Below are positions 11,420 through 22,525 of a DNA stretch of 32,562 bases, piece after piece (the stretch's first letter is position 1; each line of letters starts with the position of its first letter). Source of the stretch: Peribolospora baueri (Eukaryota). The stretch is from NCBI GenBank assembly GCA_029717555.1, contig JAMDHS010000139.1:1-32562 (forward strand). Reading direction: 5' to 3'. Below the pieces are notes generated by a model. It saw nothing but the letters and a program-made list of their open reading frames with translations, ran no database searches and was not told where the DNA came from. The position numbers were made by a program, and so were the translations under genes.

Positions 11420-13607
11420 ATGTTGTACTTTATCTCTACGTGCCGCCGTTTATCTGTATTGCCCTCTCAGCGGCTTTTCTCGACCACGACAGTTCCACTC
11501 GGCGCACAAGACAAGTCGCGCCATGTGATCGCCCTTCCAGACTCGTCTTTTCCCCGAGGATTCCTCGTCGCCTCGGCTTACGCCGGTGTGAAGGCTAGCT
11601 TGTCCGGCAAGCCCCCACCGTCTGCCTCACAACCCGAGCTCTCATCCAACGACACCGGCACACTTTCATCGAGTTCGACCGGACCCTCATCTTCCAAGCC
11701 CGACCTCGCTGTCGTCTACTCTACCTCGCTCACCCGCTGCTCCGCCGCCGGTACATTTACTCTCAATGCCTTTAAAGCCGCGCCTGTTCAAGTATCGCAG
11801 CAGATCCTGCTCCGAAGTCAAGGCAGGGCGAAAGCGGTGGTCGTCAATAGTGGATGCGCGAACGCGGTGACGGGCAAGAAGGGCATCGAGGATGCTTGGT
11901 CTATGTGCCGTCAAGTAGACGAGCTCGCTCTGGGTGCTTCCGGCACCGCCGCTGGCTCCGATAGTCAGACGCTGGTGATGAGCACAGGTGTAATTGGCCA
12001 GAAGCTGCCTATGTCCGCGATCCTACCTTCCCTCGCCTCCATGCTCCCCGCCACGTCGGCTTCATCTGCCAACGCTCCCACCGCTTCCACCACGACGTCG
12101 GAGAGAAGTCTATACAATGCTTGGCACTCCGTTGCCCGGGCGTTTATGACTACCGACACGTTCCCAAAGCTTCGTACTCGCACGTTCAAGCTAGCCGGTC
12201 GGGAGGTTCGGATGGTGGGCATCGACAAGGGAGCAGGAATGATTCACCCTAACATGGCTGGTCCATCCGCGTCGTCTTTCTCACCACCGGCGGCAGCGGG
12301 AGCTGGCAGCATGGGGGGCCTACATGCGACGCTCCTTGGTCTTTTCGCAACGGACGCGGCAGTGTCTCCTCGCTCTCTGCAAAAAGCACTCGACCACGCC
12401 GTATCGAAGAGCTTCAACTGCATAAGCGTTGACGGAGATATGAGCACCAACGATACCATCATTGCCCTTGCCAATGGTGCCGCGTTTGCCGACCAAGCGA
12501 GGCCTGATTCTGGCAGTCTCGATTCCGCTGCGAAGGCAGAAGGGATCAAAGCTCGGGAAGAAGTGGATTGGGAGACTCACCCGGAGGATTACAAGGCTTT
12601 CGAGAACGAGTTGACGGACATGGCGAAGGAGATGGCTCAGCTCATCGTGCGGGACGGAGAAGGGGCGGAGAAGTTTGTCGAGGTTCACGTGAAGGTTGGT
12701 TTCGCAGCTTGGATCTGTCGCCATTGGTACCTCAGCACGAATCTCAACATAAAGAAAGATGACGGAAAGCTTAAATCGAGGTCCTTCCTTTTCTCTTCTC
12801 TCTTCTCTCTTCTCTCTTCACCTTATTCCTCCTTCTCTTCTCTTTCGCGGTGTACTTGCAGGGTGCACCAACTTATCCCATCGCACACTCGATCGCCTCG
12901 ACCATCTCTACCTCCATGCTCACGAAATGCGCACTTCACGGCGGCGACGCCAACTGGGGCCGAATTCTTTGCGCAACCGGTTACGCCCCGCTTCCCTCCG
13001 ACTCTAACCCATTGTCTCAACCATATGCCATTGACACCACCGCGGTTTCCGTTTCCTTCATTCCTTCTGCTTCCTTCTCGGAAAAGGAGGGTCAAGAGCC
13101 ACTCGTTCTCCTCAAGAACGGAGAGCCAGTTCAGGTGGACGAGGAGAAGGCGGCGAGAATGCTGGCAGAGGAGGACGTGAAAATCGAGGTGGATTTGGGG
13201 GAGAAGGACGGAGAACAGGCCACATATTGGACCTGCGACCTCAGCCACGAATACGTTTCAGTGAGTCGACTAGATCATCGACCCTATGCCGCTACCTAGT
13301 TGCTTCGGTCTTTCACGACAGAACGACACGACACGGCTTCGGATTAGGGACGTACGCAACGGTAACCATTTTCTTCTTTCTTTGCTTGCTCCCCTTTTTT
13401 TCAAATTTCCACTTGCGCGTTTTTCATCAGATCAACGGCGATTACCGGTGAGAACCCGCCCCGCCCTTTTTACCCTTATGACATTATGTCGCTTGCACGA
13501 TTGTTCTCGCTAAGGATCCCTTGCTGACAGTGTCTTCTGACGGACGTCCTTGTTCGCCCTTCCTCACTCGTCTCTGCCTCTGTCCCTCTTGTGTGCGCAG
13601 CTCGTGA
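11420..13607 (+). CDS. ARG7: Ornithine acetyltransferase / N-acetylglutamate synthase (ArgJ family), mitochondrial
   Basis: Motifs FTLNAFKAAPV, VVVNSGCANAVTG, MSTGVIG, FMTTDTFPK, KGAGMIHPNM..ATLLG, FNCISVDGDMSTNDT, RDGEGAEKF, DANWGRI and WTCDLSHEYVSINGDYRS*. Exons 11420-12694, 12862-13260, 13431-13447 and 13601-13607. The N-terminus is Arg/Ser-rich like a presequence. Confidence 0.95.
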
Positions 13608-14123
13608 GAATCACCTATCAAGACGGCCGGATCATCAAAATGCCCCTTCAGCGTAGTTCGTGATGGGGATGGCACCAAGAATAGACAGACGGACCGCGGT
13701 GCTTTTCGTCTTTCAATTCTCGTCTATCTAGGATTTCGGAGAGTGGGCTGGACACAAATGGCCGTGAATGACGTCGTTGCGGCTTGCCGCCGATGTGTAG
13801 ATAGGATCTTCCTATCGAGAAATGGAGCTTCGGAAGGAAGCAAAATGAAGACTGGAATGTGCCACGATGACCGTTTACTGCGGCCGCATGTACGACGCGA
13901 TCGCGTGCGGAGGGAACTCGTACGTCCAACTTCTAACGCCATCCACATTCACCGCTCAGCGTAGCATAGGTCCACCGCGTTCTCGACTCGGGCCCTTCGA
14001 CCTCTGCCCCGCCAGAGGCGGAGCGACTCTGGCACAGCAAGGGAGTCAGCGGCGTCCTTGGCAAGTTTTTCACTTCGGCCTTCAAAGCACATCGACCCGC
14101 CACCACCCGCTTTCCCTTCCGTC

Positions 14124-16538
14124 ATGACAGACGCCATCAGATCGCGCCTCGGCGCGACCACCGCCGCCGCCGCCAGAAAGGGCGCCAAACTCGTTCTTGA
14201 CCGTATCACTTGGCCTGCGCATGCCCCTTCTTCCTCTCCTGTGACATTGAAGAGAGCGCTGGACTTGTTTCAACAGTCTTTGTGTTTTGTGCAGATTTGG
14301 TGCCGGTCGGGCGCCGACGCGAAAGTCGCCAACATGCCTGATCGCATCTACCTGCCCGGATCGCGAGGTGCCTCTGTTCGAGAAGCGTCAAGATCTGTTC
14401 TTGTGTCACAAGCACCTTCTCTTATTTGCACCACCTTCGAAGGCGACGAAGAAATACCTTCCTTGCGCGAGTTGATTCGCGCACTCGTCAACAAAGGATG
14501 GGAGGTGTGCGAAGACCAAATCCGAACTCCATTTCGGGATTTCGTGGCTAGCATGGGTGATACAGGCGCAGAAATGCGTCTGACGGTGGCCTACATGGTT
14601 CTCAGTAAGTCTCATAGCGCATACTTCATCTCGTACAAGGACTTCCAATGAATCTGACATTCGTTTTGACTCGTTATGGCCGACCTTACTTGTTATCCAC
14701 TAGGCATCGTGGTTATCTGCCTCATCCACGTCGCTCTTCGGTTTCGAAGGTCATTGTTGCCTCCTTCATCTCCTCCCATCCAGATCACCTCCAAGGGCCG
14801 TTCCATCACGCCGCTTTTGGCCGGCTCGTCGTCCCGCTCCTCAGGCTCCTCTTTTAGCGACCCTTTCAGGATTCAACGTCTCAGGGGCAAGCAGACTGAC
14901 TCGTACGAGTTTCGAAGTCCCGAAGGCTTAACGCCAATCCTTCTACGCAAAAAGCTCGTATACCCGGCCGTGGCTGGCACGCCGGACATTGAAGCGGACG
15001 AGGGCGAACCGACCCCCACCCCCAGTCCGAGCAGGTCGTCGGGGCCATCTGGACCTCTTTCTTTTTTCCCTTCCCCTGCCCGATCACACTCAGGTTTGAG
15101 GAGGAGAAGCTCCTTCCGGCAATCCGGTGATGCTTCTGGCGATAACAGCGCTGGTAGCTCGGTGCCGTCTGAACGTCTTCGCGTCCGACTTCAAGAACCA
15201 GACTGGAGGGAACTTGCACAACGTTCGGAACACCAACGGGCTTACGTCCGGGCAAAATGGTTGGTCGCCGCAGAGGCGAGGCTTAAAGCTTTGGAGGCGG
15301 AATCGCCGACCGGCCAGTTCGTCACCCCCAATAGCGAAGGACCCGATGCGCATAGCGGCAGCTCTGGCGGGCTGAGCCCAAAGGAGAGAGAAAGGAAGTT
15401 GTGGTACGAAGAAGAGACGGGAAGAAGCACGGCTGCGTCGGGCAGAGCTTGGAATTGGAGAAAGCGGCGCGCGGCCTCAGACGGCAATATCGTGGTCCCT
15501 TCGCCACCTCCGAGCCATGACAAGGCTGAACATCACCACGACGCCCACCAGGGCGCATCTTCGAACGATGGCGCGCGGTTAGGCTCGCCCAGTCGAAAGG
15601 ACGGGGTGGCGGAGGAGCTAATGGACGATTTCGTTCTAGTACCTTCGCGAGCCAGCAGTCTCAAACCGAGGCAACGACGCACGACCAATTTGGACGCTCA
15701 GGAGAGCAAAGGAGACGGGGCGAAGGCGGTGATGAAGGCCTCGGTCGCTGAGGACGACATGGAGGTGCTAGCTGAGGATCAAGACGGTGACATGGAAGAG
15801 GTGGACGCTGCTACTCGGGTAGATCAAGCCGCAAAGGGAAGTTCATTTACCGAAGGGAATGCCCTTGGTATGACGGACGAAGCGCAAGCTCAGCCCATGG
15901 CTCGACAAGCAGCAACTGATGTTTCGGCCGAGACGCCGCCAGAAGCACCCCCTTCGCCACTTGAGGCAGCAGCGGCTGCGGCCAACGTCAGTCGGCCCCT
16001 ATCTTTTTCGAGAGCGTCAGTTTCGGATGGAAAGTCTCACGCGCCATCGCCTCCGGAAACGAGGGCCTCAGCCGTCGGTCCGTTTCACTCTCATGGGTTA
16101 CCGACTTTTTTCTCCAGCGAGTCTTGGGATTCAATGTCTTCTGTGGCAAGCGACCCAAAGACCCCACCTGACTCGGAAACGCCCAAGTCCAGCTCCCCCT
16201 CGTTCTTATCGTCTGCGACCGCCCCCAGGCCCAGCTGCGACGACCCGCTAAACGATCCAGTCAGCTCACGCACACGCTCCGCTTCGTCGTCCCCACTATC
16301 ATCCGGAAGGTCCGATGCGGATCCAAATAATAGCGTTCCCGCTCCCTCCAAGGGCGAGGACGACCCTCGCTATCAGAATCACCACCGTCGTGACTGGGTC
16401 GAGGGAAAGGGACACACGGGCACCAAGGTCAGAAAGGGCGTCAAAAGCATCAGAAATAACAAGCCCACGGCGAATGGAAGAGCGGTGGAGTCGCCAATAC
16501 CTTGGGTGAAGAAGGAGGTCTACATTCGGTCCGGCTAG
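14124..16538 (+). CDS. Hypothetical protein with one predicted TM helix and a long Ser/Pro-rich disordered C-terminus
   Basis: Exon 14124-14604, GTAAGT..TAG intron 14605-14703, exon 14704-16538. The splice joins LTVAYMVLS to IVVICLIHVAL, making one hydrophobic helix. The start codon is uncertain. Confidence 0.7.
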
Positions 16539-17773
16539 TATGGCTGGTGGCTTTGAGGTGGTCGTCTCCTCTCGGAGAAGTCGCGACAGGAAGGGAGCCA
16601 AGTCTTTCATCTCGTCTCCCCTGGTCAACTGTTACCCGTTCCTGACGTCTTCGGTCGAAAGTCTGCGTTCTTTTTCGCATCCACACGACATCATCCGTCA
16701 AGCAATACCTTGTCTCTTTGCTTTCATTCTTTCTCTATTCTTACTTTGTCTTCTAGCTCCGTGTCGGATGATCTACTCGGTCTGTCTCGGTTGCCTTACT
16801 TTCTATTGTGTGTCACTACATATCGTACTCCTCACTCCTGCCTATGTATCGTATCCTAGTTTGTTTTCTTCCTTTGCCTGTACCTCGATATCTTTATTAA
16901 TGACACATGGAGGAGAGATCCCTCACTACCTTGCTACGTCTGTGCTCGCGAGCTAAGGTGCATGTGCTTAGCCTCCAGTTTCAGTACGACGTCCTCGCGG
17001 TATTGTTTTCTTAGCCTCGAGAAGAGTCGTTCCTTCCACTTCCCTTGGGTCTCGTTCCTTCATTTCTCCTCTGTCCGGGTCACTCTCCTTCCTTTCGCCC
17101 CTTGTCTCCCTCTCGCTTGGGGCTGACTCCACATGTCGAGCTCGGCGCTGACATCCTTTCAAATCCCTACAGGACGAGGTGCAGTACTGTAAACGAGCAC
17201 GTCGACGGTAGATATCCTCAACACCCGCCGTGGCTTCTCAGACGTGGCCCAGCGGAGACACGACCCAATAGAGGCCCTCTTCGACGAATCATCACTTCCG
17301 GGCCCCTCGGCTAGAACTGTAGCAAGTCTTCAGACTGCATTGACGAGCCCACCGACACTGGCATCACTTGGGGCGCGACGGGGCACGCTGCACATCACGC
17401 CATTACGAGAGAACTACTCCTTGATCACGTTCCCGCGGCGTCGCTTCCCTCTCCACCACTCTAACAGCAATGGCTGGTTGCTGGCTTCCGATCTAGGTCT
17501 CTACTTCAAGACGAGAGTGCGATGCTCCTCTCACTTTCTCCCGATACCTTTTCTTGAGTTGGCATACTCAACTTTCCGCTACAGATCTTAGTTTCTAGAC
17601 GGCAGCCTTGACTGAGAAAGGACACTCCCTGCCTAGGCTCGCACCTGGATGTCCACCTGCAACAGGAAAGGATGCCGTTCCTTGGGACCGTTTTGACCAC
17701 AAGCCAGGTCTGCGATTACTCCGTATTAAGAGCACCAGGGCGATGGCTATGAGGAAATATAGAAATACCATTT

Positions 17774-19189
17774 TCATACCCTTCCCTTCGCCTTTTTCTT
17801 GCCTTTTCGCTCCCGCGCCTGCTCCGCTGCACTGCTCGAAGAAGGCATGTTCGCCTTTCTCGCCTTGTCCCTTTTTCCTCCCCCTTCTTTGCCCGCTTGC
17901 TTCATGGCCCTGACTCCCAACGTTTCCTCCTCGGCGCTTCCGATACCTGCCCTTCCTTCACTCTTTGAATTATCCGCCATCTCCAACAGTCCATCCGAGT
18001 CCTCTTCTCCGCTTTCACCCTCATCGTCCGAAGAGGTCCCAGACGAAGAGATATTCCGCTTGGTACGCATGTCCGCCGCTTTTCTCTTCGCCGCCGCTTT
18101 TCGTGCTTCGAAGTGGGACGGGTCACCAGTACTGCTCGCCGTCTTTGTGCGCTTGACTGCCCTGGCGCCTTCGATAATCTCGTCTCTGCGAGACTTCTTC
18201 TGGGCGCTCGCCTTCGTCCCTGGCCCCGTGTCGTCCTCACCGTCGAAACCTTTGGGCCTCATGAAGCTCTTCGGCCCATCCTTCCGCCCCGGCGGCTCCA
18301 GCTCGCCCGCATCGTCGTCCTGATCATCAACCATATTTACGTCTTCCTCTACGTCCTGCGGAGCGGAACGATCATGGCGTGCCATGTCTGAGAGACGCTT
18401 GGAAGATGAGAGCTGAGAGCCCGAGCGCGAAGGTTTCGTTCGGCTGGAATCGACCGCTGCAGCAGATGCTTTTTCTTCTCCCTAAGTTTGACAGACAGAA
18501 TATTGACGAAAACTTACCGTAAGCATGATTGACGACCAAACAACGGCCGAACTCAAGCGGCGGATAGAATAGATAAAGACGGGATGGAAAAAAAGCTCAC
18601 CTCGGCCTCCTTCCTTTTTCCAAACTTCCCAAACCCTCTCCGTCCGCCTCCTGCAAACATGGTCACGCCGCTTCCGACACCGTAGCCAATCTTGTTGGCG
18701 CTTTCGCCGATCCAGCCAGCATAGCTCGGTTCGTACTCCACCGTGACCGTCGGAGACGGTGTCCTCGAGCAGCCTTCTAATCCAATATGAGCGCGTGGCA
18801 GGACCCACAGTGAGTCTGATTCACCGGAAAGCGCAGTTCCAGCCGCCTGGTGAGCGGGAGATGTAGAGTCGGAAGCGGAAGGGGGCGTGCGCGAGAGGGA
18901 CACAGGCTGAGTCGAGCTGCTAGACGTGGACGCTACACCCGCAGACAAGGCCGGCCCCCGTTGCATGAACTAAGATTCAAAAGTGGATGAGAAGGAGAGA
19001 GTCGTTTGAGATGGATTGGAAAAGAAGGACTGGGATTAGTCTGAAATCGATGACACCTCTCCCTCGTCCGATTGACCGTTGTCCTTGACAGGAACGACAA
19101 GCCGTGTAAAAACCACTCGCCTTGAGAGCAAGCGTATTGGAGCTGAGCGACCCCGCCGCTCGCTGTCGTTTGTTCACTGGCGAGGACAT
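17774..19189 (-). CDS. MPP6: M-phase phosphoprotein 6 (MPP6)-like nuclear exosome cofactor, about 381 aa
   Basis: Exons 19189-19121, 18969-18601 and 18481-17774. The spliced N-terminus LSSNTLALK|FMQRG resembles the MPP6 signature LSxxLLxMKFMQRG. GGRRGFGKF resembles the MPP6 GRxSFxGF motif, and SFMRP lies further downstream. The tail is Lys-rich. Confidence 0.7.
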
Positions 19190-19521
19190 GATGTTATTGT
19201 GCGATGCGTCGTCGACGACGTCCAAGCTGTGAGACGTGCGGCCAAGGTCGTTTGGGAGGGACGTCCCTGCTCAAACAATTGCTGCGGCATCGCTCGATCT
19301 TCCACGTGGTCCTGGGGTTCGATCTGGTGCCGGGTCTTTTTTGGGACGCGTCTGACGCGCCGCGTTTTGGACTCGAACCACCACCCACGACTGCCCATCC
19401 ATTCTTGTCCGTCCCGGTCGGCCTTGCCACCAGTAAACCTGCGTGTCCACACCTTCCTTCTCCATCCATCCGATCCACGCTCCCTTTTCTCTCGGCGCTC
19501 ACCGTAGAAGAAGGAAAGGCC

Positions 19522-20448
19522 ATGTCCGAGAAAACCACGGGCGGAAAGGGGGGGAAGACCAAGTCCGCCGCTGCTGCCGCGGAGGGCAAGACTCAGCAGC
19601 AGACTAGGAGCCAGAAAGCTGGTTTGCAGGTGAGTGCTTGGTTTTTGAGCTGGGAGGGCGCGAGGTTGTTGGATGGATGACTCCAGCGTGGCTCGTTGTC
19701 GTGTTCCGACGGAAATTGGACCAGCGACGCGTGACTGGGTTCTTCGGTGGCGCACCGGCTCTCCGATCACCTTCGCCCCCGCTTCTCACCAACTGCTCGT
19801 GGTCTGTCGACCCATCCGCTCACTCTCCGTTTTCCACCATCTCTTCTCGTGCTCTAATTTGTTTCATGACCCGCAGTTCCCCGTCGGCCGTATCCACCGC
19901 TACTTGAAGGCGCGGACGCAGAACAACGTACGCATCGGCGCCAAGGCCGCCGTGTACACGAGTGCCATCCTTGAGTACCTGACCGCTGAGGTTTTGGAGT
20001 TGGCCGGTGAGTATGCATCGTGGCGAGGAAGATTTGTCCCTTTCTGGGATGACTGCCACTTTTAGCTAGATGGCTCCCTTGGTTGACCTTCGTCGTTCGG
20101 TTGCGTGCGCTTTCCACCTTCTTTTGCAACCGATTCCACTCAATACAGGTAACGCGTCGAAGGACCTGCGCGTGAAGCGTATCACTCCTCGCCACCTCCA
20201 GTTGGCCATTCGCGGCGACGAGGAGCTCGATAGCTTGATTCGCGCCACGATCGCCGGCGGTGGTGTCCTGCCTCACATCCACAAAAGTGCGTTGCGTCTG
20301 CTATCGTCGTGTTGTTGCCTTGCTCGTCTCAAGTCATTGGCCAGCTCATTGACTTTTTTTGTATTCCCTGCTCGCCCAACAACACCTCTCCACGGCAGAC
20401 CTTATCAAGCCGTCCGGCAAGAAAGCGGCCAAGGCGGGTGGCCAGTGA
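19522..20448 (+). CDS. HTZ1: Histone variant H2A.Z
   Basis: Exons 19522-19629, 19877-20006, 20149-20286 and 20399-20448. Product includes [102 protein letters not shown] and IAGGGV are H2A.Z-specific. Confidence 0.97.
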
Positions 20449-20990
20449 AGTCTTCACCGCCCCTCCGCCGCGCTGCGTACGCTGCGTTATGATGTACCCC
20501 TCCATCTCTTGCCATTTCTTTAACGTTCCTCTGCGAACTGTTTTCTGCTGCCGCTAGTAGTCCCCCTTATGGTCGTCCCCTTACCCCCCTTTCCCTCCCT
20601 GTCGCAACCCAGCTCGTTCGTACGTGATTCGTCGAGGGGATGTATGTACTGTATTGCGGATCCTATCTTGTCTCGATGTTAGTGCCTGCCCTGGGATGCC
20701 AGAGGTGAGGTCCGGTCCTGTCGTATCCATCTCATATCGACGGTCGGTTCAGCCGCCGGCGGTCGTAATGCATACACGGTGACCCGAGGTACGATGCCCT
20801 CGAGCGAAAGTGCCTGTTCCGATTGGGAAAAACCGAGGTTCACATCGACCGTCGAGCGTTTGTTGAATCTAATTTAGATTACACGGCTTTCCTTCTAAGT
20901 CCCTTCTACAAGGTGTCCAACTCTCGTCTTGCGTCGTTGCATCTTCCGGGTGCTTGCCGTCCACTTTCCTCTTCATTTCCACCGTCCCCT

Positions 20991-21960
20991 TTAAGCCTTA
21001 ACGGCGGCGATGCACTCGACCTCTACAAGCACATCGCGAGGGAGACGGGCCACCTCGACGGCAGAGCGAGCGGGCTTGTAAGGGTGGAAGAACTGGAGAG
21101 GGCCGTGCAGAAGCGACGTTGAAAGCGGAGAAGGAGGTAGAGGGGAATGACAGTTCATCAGCCGGAAAAGAGCCGTTACAGGAAAGAAGACGGGGAGGGC
21201 TCCGTATGGACTCACCTTTTCATAAACGCCATTGACCTTGGCAAAGTCGTTCATGTCCTTAAGGAACACGGTGGTCTTGAGCACGTGTGAGAGGTCCGAT
21301 CCTGAGGCTTCAACTACGGCCTTAAGGTTCGCGAGGGCTCGAGCCTTTATAGTACAATGGGATGGAGTGGGGGATGGGAGGTATGCGGCGCGACAAAAGA
21401 GGGATGGGCGGATGAGGTGTGAGCTTGTGCGTTGCAATTAGGATCATCCAGTGGTTACAACTCGCTCACCGTCTGCTCCTCGATCCCACCCTCAACGACG
21501 GTCATCGTCTCAGGAACGAAGGGAATGCACCCAGAGGCAAATACGAGACCGTTGTGCTTGACCGCCTGAGCTATTGTAGCAAAATGAGCGGGGGAAGGGG
21601 GAACGAGGGGGTTCGTTCGTGGGCACGTTCAAGCGATGGCTGGGACAGGTCGGGATGGCCAGGAGGAGCTACGGAATGGCCTTTCCAAACTGAACAGTCG
21701 CGCATCATTCGAAAGCAAAAGGAACGACACCCACAGTAGGGTCCGATGGCGGCGGGCGCATCCTTCGTACTGACGGTCTCGTAAGGCGAAGACATTTTGC
21801 TGTTGCGGGGGGCTCGGACGGAGAAGAAGCGGTTGGTCGAAAGTGCGACGAGGGCGGGGCGGGTTGACGGCGGTGGGAGGACGAGGGTGGGACGAAGAGG
21901 GGGGGATGGCAAAGGGAGATGGAAAGAGGAGAGACGGGTTCGGAGGACAGATGAGCGCAT
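20991..21960 (-). CDS. MMF1: RidA/YjgF/YER057c/UK114 enamine-imine deaminase (MMF1/HMF1-like) with an N-terminal presequence
   Basis: Exons 21960-21735, 21570-21470, 21344-21216 and 21092-20991. Motifs APAAIGPYSQA, SGCIP, NLKAVVEASGS, KTTVFLKDMNDFAKVN and KPARSAVEVARLPRDVLVEVECIA. Confidence 0.93.
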
Positions 21961-22525
21961 CGACGGCGAGAGGTGGGATGAAAGACGGAAGCTAGGGAAG
22001 GCCGAGTGATCGGGTAGAGGTAAAGCCTCGTATCTCCTCGTATCTCCACTTCGCTCGCTTTCTGTGTGAGCCACCTTTACCGACTCCTCTCTCCGTCTCG
22101 CACATACATTTAGTAGTACAGCACAGGTATGCAAGTCGAGGCAGAGCCGTCTCCCATCTCTACGTCAGAGGCTAGCGGTGCCATCTGTCTTCGCTCAGAT
22201 GGACGCCGTGGAATTTTGGTTTATTGCTTGTCCACCTGATGGTCCATGTATAAGTACGAAAACGAAAGGATACACAAAGGTCTGATAATCGGTCTCTGCT
22301 GCCGCCGGAGCGGCAAAAGAACGGAAAGATGGGGAAAGGGGAGAGCGGGTGTGGATGTAACTGCAACGACGCGGAAAGGGACAGCAAATAGGCAGGAGAA
22401 TGTTCGCGAGGACATCTAGGAATAGGCAAATGGAGGAGTTGTGAGGGAGCAAGAGAAGGATAACGTCAAGGAGATGGAGAAGCGTGAGGGAAGGGGCTGA
22501 GTGAACTCCCACCGCTTACGGTGGC

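Noticed and set aside
16960..17770. Possible ncRNA (GGGGCTGACTC near 17119 resembles the RNase MRP P4 3' strand)
   Set aside because: No matching 5' P4 strand (GAAAGTCCCC) found upstream; most likely convergent 3' UTR/intergenic DNA.
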